Shown in pieces: positions 20,174 through 30,021 of a DNA stretch of 54,555 bases. The notes beneath the pieces are model-generated. The model searched no databases, was not told the origin of the DNA, and was given only the letters and a program-made list of their open reading frames with translations. The position numbers and the translations under genes were made by a program. The DNA comes from Deltaproteobacteria bacterium (GTDB lineage Bacteria > Bdellovibrionota_C > UBA2361 > OMII01): positions 1 to 54,555 of the forward strand of contig CANLJX010000004.1 of assembly GCA_947491545.1 (NCBI GenBank), read 5' to 3'. The first letter of the stretch is position 1; each line of letters opens with the position of its first letter.

Positions 20174-20438
20174 GAGCTGAGTTCCCTTCGGGAGCAAAAG
20201 ACGAGGGAAAAACCCCCGCCTATCAAACGCTGGTTTGAAAACCGGCGAGGGCGGACAGTAAAACTAAAACACGAACGATTGCAGGCTGCAATCCGATAAG
20301 ACTTTAGATGTGGCTAGTGCCTTGTTCGAGGCTGCCACGTCGTTAGGTGAAGAAACTTTCTAAACGAGGCACTAGTTTTTCATAGTCGAGCAAGCTGCTC
20401 TGTTTTTTGGGGGAGGGGATGCTGTTGCTTGTTCGGGA

Positions 20439-20503
20439 GTTCCGCTGAGCGCTGCGGAGCCGCAGCCGGAACCGGAGCCGTTACCGGGGCCGATCCCGGT
20501 TAG
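20439..20503 (-). repeat. Repeat module B, full 65-nt copy
   Basis: Reverse complement matches 33026-33090 with 3 mismatches; abuts the stop codon at 20504. Confidence 0.9.
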
Positions 20504-22210
20504 CTAGTCGAAGCAGAAGTCGTCGAAGGTGACCTTGCGCCGTTCGTAGTCGGCGGATTCCATCTCCAGCATCATCGGGAAGTTGGAATTGACCGTAAAG
20601 AATTCGATGCGGATAGGGTAGCGCCCGGGCGCAGGGAAGGAGACTTCGCGCTCAGACGAAACTCGCCACTCGTGCCCGATCCACTTATTGACGAGGAGGA
20701 TCCCATCGACCGAGAAGCGCACGTTACCTTGGCCGAGGACGAAGAACCTGTAGCGGCCCTCCTTTGGTATGGAGACGAACCCTTCGTAGACACCTCCCAG
20801 CCCCTCTTTGCTCCCCGGTGCTATCTGAGCAAGGGTGGGAGGGCTGAACTCATGGAAGGGGATATCTGCTTGCGGGGCTCCTGCCTGCACGGTGAGGGCT
20901 GAGTCAGTGAAGTAGGTTCTCTTGGCCCCTTTGGTTGCGCATGCGATCTCGGTGCGGGGCGCAGAGGCGCTCGGCGTAAAGTTCAAGGCGAGCGGAGCCC
21001 CGTTCACCAGCACCACCCAGACGTTACTTAGGTAGGTCGTGGCGAGCAGCAGCGCAACAATAACGAGCGAAGGCACCTTGCTGCGCACCAAGAGCATTGT
21101 GCCCATGAGCAGCAGCGAGCACACGCCAGAGCCTACGAGGTCCCAGTCGATGTAGGGACCGTAGTCAAACTCCCACAGGAAGAGGTAGCCGATGTCTGCG
21201 GCCAGGTAGCCTAGGCACCAAACCGCGAAAGTGGTCGGCTTGAGCCACATCGTGAAGACGCGCACCAGGCCGAGCGGAGCGATAAAGCCGCCAAATATGA
21301 GCAAGGAGCGAACGATTGGCTGCCAGTGCTCTCTGCCGAACATCTGGTCGAGGGGGACGAACATTTGGCGGTTTCCGCCGCCGGTGACGTTGCCGAGGTG
21401 TCCGCCGCTGATCATGTTGAAGTCAAAGATGAAGATGTAAGCCACAACGACAGCGATGAATCCGAAGAATGCGAGAGCTCCAACGGTCGCGCGACTCAGG
21501 CGCTGTAGCACCGTTCCGGCTGGCAGGAGGCAGCCGAAGGCGAGCGCGGGGAATAGAAATGAGGCTCTGCCGTGGAGCAGTGCGGCGAGCGCGAGTGCAA
21601 CCGAGCACTTCACAACGTTTGCCATCGTCGGGCGCTGAAGGAAGGATATTGAGAGCAGCACCCAGAGCTGCTCAGCCGGGAGCGAGAGGGGCGGGTTCTC
21701 GATGTAGCCGTAAAAGAGGAACGCTACGCCCGCCGTCAGGAATGCCAGCCGGTGCAGGAGGCGGCGGTTGGGAGAGAGATCAGGGTACAGCGCGAGGGAG
21801 ATCTTGGCAACGAAGAGCAGGTAGAAGAATCCCGCGACGCGGCTCGTAAGCGCCACGGCATCTTTGGCTCCGATGTTGAAGGGCTCGTGCAGGAAGCGGA
21901 AGAACCAGTAGTGGCTCCAGGTCGCAAGTGGCTCGCTCATGTGGTAGCGGGCCCGCACTCCGTCCAGAACCTGGCCGGAGTCTCCGAGCGAGTCTTGGAA
22001 GGTAAAGAGGAAGAACGGCAGAGAATGGGTAAGCGCGAAGATAATTGGCCTGTCGGTGAAGCGTGCCCAGCGAGACGAGAGACTTAGGAGGCAGAGAATA
22101 ACGAGGGGCAGACAGGCGAACGCAAAGCCAGGCGCATCCGGCCTAGCCAGTTCTAGTCCGCGCGCGACTACGGCTTGCGGCTGCTGAGGGATCCAGTCGA
22201 ACAGAAACAT
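20504..22210 (-). CDS. Polytopic membrane protein with C-terminal PA14 domain (GT-C-like)
   Basis: TM N-terminal part (FYGYIENPP); C-terminal YEGFVSIPKEGRYRFFV...FSVDG.LL...GRYPIRIEFF is PA14-like. Confidence 0.7.
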   Translation of the reverse strand: MFLFDWIPQQPQAVVARGLELARPDAPGFAFACLPLVILCLLSLSSRWARFTDRPIIFALTHSLPFFLFTFQDSLGDSGQVLDGVRARYHMSEPLATWSHYWFFRFLHEPFNIGAKDAVALTSRVAGFFYLLFVAKISLALYPDLSPNRRLLHRLAFLTAGVAFLFYGYIENPPLSLPAEQLWVLLSISFLQRPTMANVVKCSVALALAALLHGRASFLFPALAFGCLLPAGTVLQRLSRATVGALAFFGFIAVVVAYIFIFDFNMISGGHLGNVTGGGNRQMFVPLDQMFGREHWQPIVRSLLIFGGFIAPLGLVRVFTMWLKPTTFAVWCLGYLAADIGYLFLWEFDYGPYIDWDLVGSGVCSLLLMGTMLLVRSKVPSLVIVALLLATTYLSNVWVVLVNGAPLALNFTPSASAPRTEIACATKGAKRTYFTDSALTVQAGAPQADIPFHEFSPPTLAQIAPGSKEGLGGVYEGFVSIPKEGRYRFFVLGQGNVRFSVDGILLVNKWIGHEWRVSSEREVSFPAPGRYPIRIEFFTVNSNFPMMLEMESADYERRKVTFDDFCFD

Positions 22211-22257
22211 GAAGAAACCTTACACCAGACGCGCATGTGTGGCAGTTCTAAAAATGA

Positions 22258-24270
22258 CTATTGCGGGAACATCACATCAGCCAGTTTCGAAACGAAGTAC
22301 GTTGCAGCGGGTGGGTTAAGGTGCCCGTCGTCGTATACGAGGAGCCCCTTGGGAGAATCGTCCATGCGGGTAAGGCAGCTCTTGCCCGAGTCGTCTTCAC
22401 AAAAATAGCTCTGAGGTGAAATGTAGGTGTATCCTATGGAGCGCACAAGCTCGGCCATGCGAGCATCCAGATTCCGTATGGTCGTGTTTAGGTTGGTTGC
22501 TGGAATTGGCAAGTACCTCGGCGGCATGGTTCCTGTTTGTTTGATGTGGGACTGCAGCACAGTAGCCAGTGCAGGTTCCCAGCGCATTAGAGGGCCGATG
22601 ACGATTATTTTTGTGCCTGGCACGGTCGACCGGAGGGTGTCCAGTTGATTGCGAAGTGCTGCAAGAACGGCATCTGGAGTTTTTGGAGAAACATAGGTGG
22701 CGCTCACCCACGCAGCTGCGAGGATCAGTATGTCAGGTTTGGCTGTCCGCACATGCGAAAGAATATCATTGTTTATGAGTGCGCAGTTCTTCCTGACGTT
22801 TGACACGGCATCGGCAAGCGGCGGGCAGCCCGACTGAGTCATCTCAGCAAAGCCGAAGGCGAATTTGCTCTTGAGGTCTCGAAAGCCTGGATAAAGGGCG
22901 GCCGCGTAGGAATCGCCCCAGAGAAATACGAGAGGTCGGGATTGTTCGATGCAAGATTCTGGATGAGCGCTAGCTTCCCAGTCCTGAATGTAGCAGCTAC
23001 CTGTTCGTAGCTCTTTAAGCCAGCTCTGGACAGAAGTTGGTTGGGTGAGGAAAGGGGCGGCCTGCTCTAGCTTGGAGCCCCTCACGAAGCCGCGCTGTTG
23101 CTCCGTGAGGAATCCGAGCCCACCGAGGCCGAACACCGCGGCTGCCAGAGCAGCGGAGGTGGCCCAGCTCCGACGCCGGTGTCGAAGCGGCTTCTCAACG
23201 AAGGCGTACGTGCCCCAAGCGAGAAGAACGCTCGCCCCAACGATTGCTGCTCCCACGCCCGGAAAGACGAAGCCTTGCAGCTTGATGAAGGCGAGCGAGA
23301 AGATCGGCCAGTGCCAGAGGTAGAGTGGGTAGCTGATAAGTCCCACTCCTACCATTAGTCGCCGGCTCAGGATGAGCGAGTTGAGCCCCGAGTTCGGGCT
23401 GCACAGCAGCAGGATAGCGGTGGCTCCCGCTGGAAGGAGAGCGTAGGCACCGGGAAAGGGGGTCGAGCGGCTGAAGGTGATGAAAGTTGCTACGAGCGCT
23501 GCCACGCTCAGGGTTGAGAGAAGGTCAGCGAGCGGTCCCTGTAAGCTAAAACCCCTGCGCACGATGTTCCCCACCACTGCGCCTAGCAGCAGCTCCCAGA
23601 ACCGGCTGAGGGGGTTGTAGAAAGCGGCGGTTGGTTCGCCGGCAGTTAGCCAGACGCTGAACGCGAAGCTCGCCAGCCCCAGGGGAGCAGCGATCCAGGA
23701 AAACGGCAGCCGCAATCTCCACCAGGCGGCGAGGATGAGGGGCCAGACGAGGTAGAACTGCTCCTCGATGCTGAGCGACCAGAGGTGCAGGAGTGGCTTG
23801 CGCTCCACTGCGATGTCGAAGTATCCGCCCTCGTTCCAGAGCGAGAAATTCGAGAAGAAGAATGCGCCTGCTAGCGTGTGCTTCCCGAGACGGGCAAACT
23901 CATCCCAGAAAAGGAGGGCCCAGCCGGCGACCAGCGTAGCCGCCAGCACTAGGGCGAGTGCCGGGAAGATGCGCATGATGCGGCGCCGGTAGAAGTCGAG
24001 GTAGCTGAACTGGCCCTCGGAGAGCCCATCCCAGATAATTCGGCTGATGAGAAAGCCCGATATGACGAAGAAGATGTCAACTCCGACGAAGCCCCCCGGC
24101 AGCCAGTTCGGGAACACGTGGAAGAGGACCACGCTCGCTACAGCGATGGCACGAAGACCGTCGACGTCCCGTCGGTACTTAAGGCTACTCGCGTTGTGGT
24201 CGCGAGGCTGCGACTCCTGCCCCTGAAGGGGCGCGGTTGTGGCAGCATTTTTGGAAGAGAGGGAGGTCAT
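22258..24270 (-). CDS. O-acyltransferase, AT3-SGNH (OafA/OatA-type)
   Basis: YRRDVDGLRAIAV, GGFVGVDIFFVISGFLI, LHLWSLSIEEQFY, ISYPLYLWHWP; SGNH motifs GDSYA and DDGH. Confidence 0.93.
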   Translation of the reverse strand: MTSLSSKNAATTAPLQGQESQPRDHNASSLKYRRDVDGLRAIAVASVVLFHVFPNWLPGGFVGVDIFFVISGFLISRIIWDGLSEGQFSYLDFYRRRIMRIFPALALVLAATLVAGWALLFWDEFARLGKHTLAGAFFFSNFSLWNEGGYFDIAVERKPLLHLWSLSIEEQFYLVWPLILAAWWRLRLPFSWIAAPLGLASFAFSVWLTAGEPTAAFYNPLSRFWELLLGAVVGNIVRRGFSLQGPLADLLSTLSVAALVATFITFSRSTPFPGAYALLPAGATAILLLCSPNSGLNSLILSRRLMVGVGLISYPLYLWHWPIFSLAFIKLQGFVFPGVGAAIVGASVLLAWGTYAFVEKPLRHRRRSWATSAALAAAVFGLGGLGFLTEQQRGFVRGSKLEQAAPFLTQPTSVQSWLKELRTGSCYIQDWEASAHPESCIEQSRPLVFLWGDSYAAALYPGFRDLKSKFAFGFAEMTQSGCPPLADAVSNVRKNCALINNDILSHVRTAKPDILILAAAWVSATYVSPKTPDAVLAALRNQLDTLRSTVPGTKIIVIGPLMRWEPALATVLQSHIKQTGTMPPRYLPIPATNLNTTIRNLDARMAELVRSIGYTYISPQSYFCEDDSGKSCLTRMDDSPKGLLVYDDGHLNPPAATYFVSKLADVMFPQ

Positions 24271-24533
24271 GGTGCGCGCTCGGTACACTGAAGTCTCTTT
24301 GGTGCTGTCCTGCCGAGGTTCGGCTGGGACCTGCAGCGAGTTGCACCGACGCTTTAGCGGCGCCAGAAGGAAGCTACTCCGGACGTTCGCTTAAGTTCAG
24401 TATGGAGGTGCCACTTTGTCAATGCCCGTTGGGATCTTGGGGGCTCCAGACCGGCATTTTCCGGGCTGATGCGGGGCTGCATTTCTGATTATACTTCGAC
24501 GGTGCAAAGCGCACGCTAAGCTTTACAGGAGCT

Positions 24534-26501
24534 GTGATGAACGGTCTTAAGAGTCTTTGGTTTAGGCTGGCGGTTTGGGTAGCCGTGGTGTGCCTCGTTG
24601 TTGGCGTTGCTTGGCTTGAGGGCAACCCGCGCTCAGCTCTCGGCGGCTACTTCTGGGCACTGCTCGGCGCCGGGTTAGTGGTGTGTTTGCCGGCCTCAGT
24701 TCGTTGCGGTGATCCCTCACGATTTGAGTGGCGGCTTGGCATGGGGCTCTCTCTTGCAGGGGTTCTCGCCTTAGCCGTGAGCATCATTAGCTACGTCGTC
24801 GGCACCCCGCGTGCTCAGATGGGGACGTATCCCCTTCTGCCGATGTGGCTAGCTGCAGCAGCTCTCGTGATTCTCGCTGCATTCTGTTTCGATCGCATCA
24901 AAGGAAATTCAATTCCACTGCCGCCTCGCAACGAGGTGCTCTTCTGTCTCGGTTTGTTCGTCGTGGCGATCGTTTTGCGCACCGTAGGCGTGCCGACACT
25001 TGTTGCGGACGAAGCCCTGCACGCCGTGAAGGTGCTCTTTATCCCAGTCACCAAGGATCCGCCAATCCTTGGCGCCTTGATGGAGGACGGCTATCCGCAC
25101 GTGCTTCTCCACGCATTTGCGGTTCTGCACGCGAAGACTGCAGCGGTCTTTAGCATCATCGATCTGCTCAAGTGGTTCTCGTACATCTGCTCCGCGCTCT
25201 CGATTGTGCTCTGGTATGCAGTTGTCAGGATGTACTCTGGACGGCTCGTTGCGGCATCAGCGTCTCTGCTCCTTGTCTGCTTTGGCTGGCATTGGGTGAA
25301 CTCGCGCTTCGGATACGCCTACCCCCCGGACCTTGCGGTTATCGCTCTCGCTGTTCTGGCCCTAGTGCTCGCCCTCCGAACGGGCAGCGTAATGGCGGCA
25401 GCGGTTGCGGGAGTTTCACTGGCTGCGGGATTCCTGCTCCAGAAATCGGGCCTCCTGCTCGTGCCTTTCCTCGGGTACATCGGCCTAGAGGCGCTCCTTT
25501 CTGCTCCCAAGGAGAAGAGGCGCCCGGTGCTCGTGGCGGGGGCCGTGCTTCTTGCAGCCTTCTGCGTTGCGTACGAGCCGGTGCTGATAGAGCACGCAAC
25601 GGGAACCTACTCGATGCCTCTCCAAGAACGCGCGATGCGCGAGCGAGCCGAGGTGCTCCCGAGGCTAGGCTACACGCAGACGAGTGCGCTGGGTTTCATG
25701 ATTTACGATGCGTTCAAGCAGTTCCAGGTGGCGATGCACGACTTCCCCCGGCATGCGTTCCGCCCGAATTCACCACTGCTCGATCCGATCTTCTCTGGGC
25801 TCTTTACCATCGGATTCGTCTACTGCCTTGTGAATATCCGCCGCTCGTCGGCAGCCCGTCTCTGCCTGCTGGGGCTCTTTGTATTTATCCTTCCGATGGC
25901 GTTTAGCTTCCCAGTGAACGACGACCAGCGCGGGTTGGCGCGCCGCATGCTCGGCACATCCTTCTTCCTGTCGTGGATCGCCGCCCTCGGAGCCGTTGCG
26001 CTCGTTGCGCGCCTCTGCCAGAAGCGCACCGCCACTATCGCGGTTGTAGGGCTGTGTGTGGCATCGGCGCTTATCAACGTTTGGCACTACATGACTGTCT
26101 ATTCTCAAGCGGCTGGTTTCGATTGGTACTCCTCAGGGATTAGGGGAGTGCAGTCTGCGGCGATGGTGGAGCTAGCTCTCGCCGCTGAAGCCGACGGGGT
26201 GCCAACCATCGTGCTTGAGGCCCCAGAGGCCTCGCTGCTTAGTCTGCCGGACAACGTTGTGCGGAAGTCAGCAGGCTTCGTAAAGGTGAACTCTGCAGGG
26301 GAAATTCGCAGCGCTCTAGCCTCGAAGCCAGGAGTGATGCAGCTCGTGATTATCCCGTGGGACACGGCGGCGATGCCTCGTGACTCGCAAGCTGTTGTGC
26401 AGGAGCTTTCAGACGTGATTCCGCCGTACCTGTGGCTCGCCGGACGTGGAGACCAGGACGGAATGCCGATGCTGCGTTACGCATTCGTTAGGGCGCGGTA
26501 G
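24534..26501 (+). CDS. GT-C (PMT/ArnT-like) glycosyltransferase
   Basis: LR...VPTLVADEA acidic loop, GYP, WHWVNSRFG, many TM helices, ARR motif. Confidence 0.7.
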   Translation: MMNGLKSLWFRLAVWVAVVCLVVGVAWLEGNPRSALGGYFWALLGAGLVVCLPASVRCGDPSRFEWRLGMGLSLAGVLALAVSIISYVVGTPRAQMGTYPLLPMWLAAAALVILAAFCFDRIKGNSIPLPPRNEVLFCLGLFVVAIVLRTVGVPTLVADEALHAVKVLFIPVTKDPPILGALMEDGYPHVLLHAFAVLHAKTAAVFSIIDLLKWFSYICSALSIVLWYAVVRMYSGRLVAASASLLLVCFGWHWVNSRFGYAYPPDLAVIALAVLALVLALRTGSVMAAAVAGVSLAAGFLLQKSGLLLVPFLGYIGLEALLSAPKEKRRPVLVAGAVLLAAFCVAYEPVLIEHATGTYSMPLQERAMRERAEVLPRLGYTQTSALGFMIYDAFKQFQVAMHDFPRHAFRPNSPLLDPIFSGLFTIGFVYCLVNIRRSSAARLCLLGLFVFILPMAFSFPVNDDQRGLARRMLGTSFFLSWIAALGAVALVARLCQKRTATIAVVGLCVASALINVWHYMTVYSQAAGFDWYSSGIRGVQSAAMVELALAAEADGVPTIVLEAPEASLLSLPDNVVRKSAGFVKVNSAGEIRSALASKPGVMQLVIIPWDTAAMPRDSQAVVQELSDVIPPYLWLAGRGDQDGMPMLRYAFVRAR

Positions 26502-26502
26502 C

Positions 26503-27507
26503 CTACTGGTGTGAAGCCGTGCTGACGAGAGGGTCATCTTCCTCTCGCACCGGGTCAACGACGAACACCGGCAGGTTGGCGCGGAAGAGGTTGCGCAGGA
26601 AGTACTCTCCGTAGATGCCGAGCAGGAAGCATTGCACGCCTCCGAAGAAAACAATCAGCGCCACCGTGCTCGCCCAGCCTTCCTTGGTGAGGCCCAGGAA
26701 GTAAGACGTCACTGCGAAGACGAAGAGCAGCGTGCCTAGCACCAGGGCGAGTGCCCCGACGTAGAACGCGAGGCGGATCGGAAACTCGGAGTACTTGATC
26801 AAGCTATTGAGGGCTAGTGACGCCATCTTTCTGAAGGTAAAGCGTGACTGTCTTCCCTGAATCACGTCCTGCCTGTACGAGACCACTGGGGCGTCGGGGC
26901 TAAGCCAGCTAGCGAAGGCGCGCGTTGAGCCGCAGGTGTTCAGGTACGAACGCACCTGACGCAGCAGCGCGCCGTCCCATAGCTTGTAGTCCGCCATTCC
27001 GTCGAGCATGCGGAGGTGCCCGAGGCGGCGCATGAGCGAGTAGTAGCAGCGACTGGAGAGCCCCTTCATCTTTGAGAGCCGCTGGTCTGGAAGCCGGCTG
27101 GTGTGAACTATCTTCGCTCCAGCGAGCCAGTGTGGGATGAGGTCTTCAATCAGCTCCACTGGGTGCTCACCGTCAGCATCAAGCGTGATGACAACGCTGG
27201 CACCCTTTGATACTGCGAGCCGCATGCCTGCGAGCAGGGCAGCCTGGTGCCCAAAGTTTCTTAGGAGCGAAGCGTACGAGATCGTGACATCTCCTTGAGA
27301 GAGAGACTTCGAAGCCTCCTTTAGGCGAGCTTCAGTTTGGTCACGGGAACCGTCGTTTACTACCAAGACAGTCCAGCGAATTGATGGGAACTTAGAATCG
27401 GTGAGCCCCTGCAGGTAGCGCTGTACTCGCGCCAGGTAAAGCTGTATCCCCTCAGCCTCATTGAAGGCCGGCATCACCAGGAACACGTGGTTTTCAGGGG
27501 AACGCAT
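26503..27507 (-). CDS. GT2 polyprenyl-phosphate glycosyltransferase, GtrB/ArnC-like
   Basis: MPAFNEA, VNDGSRD, RNFGHQAALLAG, LDADGEHP, two C-terminal TMs, LGIYGEY. Confidence 0.9.
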   Translation of the reverse strand: MRSPENHVFLVMPAFNEAEGIQLYLARVQRYLQGLTDSKFPSIRWTVLVVNDGSRDQTEARLKEASKSLSQGDVTISYASLLRNFGHQAALLAGMRLAVSKGASVVITLDADGEHPVELIEDLIPHWLAGAKIVHTSRLPDQRLSKMKGLSSRCYYSLMRRLGHLRMLDGMADYKLWDGALLRQVRSYLNTCGSTRAFASWLSPDAPVVSYRQDVIQGRQSRFTFRKMASLALNSLIKYSEFPIRLAFYVGALALVLGTLLFVFAVTSYFLGLTKEGWASTVALIVFFGGVQCFLLGIYGEYFLRNLFRANLPVFVVDPVREEDDPLVSTASHQ

Positions 27508-27629
27508 ACGGGAAGATTCCAGCTCGGTCCGATAAGGGCAGCATCGCCACTTAGATGGACCCTACAAAGTAAGTAAGAGTGCTTCGAGACTTGAGGAGAT
27601 TCAAGAAGGAGAGGGGAAAACGCCGTTTG

Positions 27630-28925
27630 CTATCGGCTGAAGAGCTCGTCAACGGCTGGCGACATCACCCGAGAGAAGGGGGCGAGTCCGGCATCGGCAG
27701 CACTTCCCATCAGATTGGACACCTCTCGCAGGAGCTCAGAGCGTGCGTTTTTGTACAGCTCCTCCCAGCGCCGCATCGGAGCACGGAGTAAAACGGCTGC
27801 CTCCGAGAGCAATCTTATAAGCTGCTGAGCGATCTTATCGGGCGAGTGCTCCGAAGCGACGTAGCTTCGCGCTGGGGCAGTCGCCGCGGAGATATCGATC
27901 TCACAAGCGCCAGCGAGGATCGACCGAAGTTGTGAGGCCTCTGAAATGCCAGGAGTTACCTTGCACGCAACGCCCTCCGGCAGGTCCTCACCCTGAGCCA
28001 TGTCGCTTATCACGGTGAGCCGACCTGAAGCGAGGGAGAGCTGCAGGTGTGGCGCCAGGTGTCCGAAGCAGCTCGTTCGCAGGTGCACTGCCACGTGTGC
28101 TGATGCCAGGAGCTTCGACCACTCGGTCGGCGAGCTGCCTGTCGCGAGCGTGACCCCCTCGCCAGCTTCGAACTCTCTCAGCAGCATCTCTGCTGCTCGC
28201 AGGTCGCCGCCCTCAACTACCCAGGTGAGGTGCCACGGGTGAGAGAGCCCTCGCAGAGCTGCGAGCAGCTTATGGGCTCGGCTTTCAAGCCCTGTGCCGC
28301 AGAGCGCAACAACTCGGAGCGTTGAGCGCGACGGAAGGGGAGCTTGCTCGCCTAGCTCAATCGGCACCTTGAGGCACTCTGAAGCGTGCGCGCCGAGCTC
28401 GCCCTCAATGCGGTTGCTCAGCATCGTCTGGCTCTCTGTGAGCGCCCACTGTGAAGTAAAGAGGTTTAGCGGTGAAAGGGACAGCTCGCGGTACGCGCGT
28501 GGCCAGAGCTGGTGCGGCGCAACAGAGCGATCTGCAAACGGGAGCGAGCTATCGTAGAACTGCTTGATAGAGTGCTCCCACGGGCTTGTGTGCGTTGCTT
28601 CCGGCCCGAGATCGAGGAAGAAGAGGTCGTGGAACCATGTCACGCCCGGGACGATGCCGATGCTTGACCGGACGAATCGTGAGCGACGGCCATCCTCGAG
28701 CTGGTAGAAGAAGAGGTCGAACGGCTCATCGCGGTGACGTTGGTAGGCTTTCAGGTAGTGGTGGTGTGGAACGCCGTGAACCTGAGAAGCGAAGGAGTCG
28801 GAGAAAGCCTCAATCGCAAGCCGCTGGTTGAGCCTCGGCAGCAGCAGCCTGGAGCAGTGCGATGAGAGCGAGTCACTTCCCGTAAGGTCGCTGAAGAATG
28901 CGATGCGCAGCCGACGCTCGCTCAT
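27630..28925 (-). CDS. GT-B/GT4-like protein, atypical donor-site motif
   Basis: LRIAFFS, FYQLED, GVTWFHD, SLASG...ISD; 1-nt overlap with the upstream GT4 gene. Confidence 0.65.
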   Translation of the reverse strand: MSERRLRIAFFSDLTGSDSLSSHCSRLLLPRLNQRLAIEAFSDSFASQVHGVPHHHYLKAYQRHRDEPFDLFFYQLEDGRRSRFVRSSIGIVPGVTWFHDLFFLDLGPEATHTSPWEHSIKQFYDSSLPFADRSVAPHQLWPRAYRELSLSPLNLFTSQWALTESQTMLSNRIEGELGAHASECLKVPIELGEQAPLPSRSTLRVVALCGTGLESRAHKLLAALRGLSHPWHLTWVVEGGDLRAAEMLLREFEAGEGVTLATGSSPTEWSKLLASAHVAVHLRTSCFGHLAPHLQLSLASGRLTVISDMAQGEDLPEGVACKVTPGISEASQLRSILAGACEIDISAATAPARSYVASEHSPDKIAQQLIRLLSEAAVLLRAPMRRWEELYKNARSELLREVSNLMGSAADAGLAPFSRVMSPAVDELFSR

Positions 28926-30019
28926 TACGCCCCCACGGCTTTGGCTGAGGAGTTCGTTGCAAGTGGCGACAGCAGGCCGTCAATCACTGCATCCCAGCCA
29001 GCCGAGAGCATCCCTGACCCTTCGATCATGCTCCGGCCGGCACTTCCGAGCCGCTGCCCGAGCGCTGGCTCTGAGAGAAGCAGGTTGCAGGCATGGGCGA
29101 TAGCCGCTGGTGATGGCTCAACAACGAATCCGTTCTCTCCGTCGCGAACGAACTCAAGGGTGCCACCGCTGTCAGCGGCTGTGATCACAGGGCGGCTGCT
29201 TGCCATCGCCTCAAGTGTCACGTAGCCGTAGTCCTCGTTGAAGGGCGCGTAGAACACGGCGAGCGACTTCGCATACAGCCCCAACAAATCCTCGTCGCTC
29301 ACGCGCCCAAGGAACGAGACTCGGGACTCAAGGCCGTGCTGCCTGATGACGTTAGAGAAGTACTCCATCGCGCCTGGCTCGTCGGGCACGCCAACCACCT
29401 TGAGCGAGAGGGAAGGGGTGTGCGCCAGTGCGTTGATCATCAGGTCGAGGCGCTTGATGCGGCAGATGCGGCCCACTGAAAGGATGTACGGTTCTGCTGC
29501 CGCGCTGAAGTATCGGTCGCCGAGGGGCAGGGGCGGATAGAGAACCGTCGATGAGAGGCCGTTAAAGGCTTTGAGCCGCTCTGCCACGTTCTTTGAGATG
29601 CATGAGCGGAACGCACACTCGCCGAGTGCTACGTTGTCGCCGTCAGTCAGCATGCGCCGCATGCTCTCATCGCGCGGGTCGTCGCCGATGTCCGAGAACT
29701 GTGTGCCGTGCAGGTCGTAGATCGAGCGGAGCTGATGCACGAGCCAGACGCTCTTGCGCGGATGGCGGGCGTAGTAGCTTGGAAACTTCGTTGCGATAAC
29801 GAGATCGATCCTCTGGCCCGCGAAGCTCTCCAGGTCGAGACTCCTCCACATGGCAGCCTGAACGAGCAGGTTCTGCTTCGGGAGCGGGTTGAAGGGCAGC
29901 TCGATCTGGTCCACCTCGTGGCCGCGCTCGCGCAGCTTCTTCACGAGGCTCGCGACGAGCACCTCCTGCCCTCCGTGCGTGAAGGGCACCTTGACTCCGA
30001 GCACTAGGATGCGCGCCAT
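28925..30019 (-). CDS. Glycosyltransferase family 4
   Basis: GGQE, IATKFPSY, WLVHQ, GRICRIKR, EDYGYVTLEAM (E-X7-E). Confidence 0.92.
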   Translation of the reverse strand: MARILVLGVKVPFTHGGQEVLVASLVKKLRERGHEVDQIELPFNPLPKQNLLVQAAMWRSLDLESFAGQRIDLVIATKFPSYYARHPRKSVWLVHQLRSIYDLHGTQFSDIGDDPRDESMRRMLTDGDNVALGECAFRSCISKNVAERLKAFNGLSSTVLYPPLPLGDRYFSAAAEPYILSVGRICRIKRLDLMINALAHTPSLSLKVVGVPDEPGAMEYFSNVIRQHGLESRVSFLGRVSDEDLLGLYAKSLAVFYAPFNEDYGYVTLEAMASSRPVITAADSGGTLEFVRDGENGFVVEPSPAAIAHACNLLLSEPALGQRLGSAGRSMIEGSGMLSAGWDAVIDGLLSPLATNSSAKAVGA

Positions 30020-30021
30020 GG

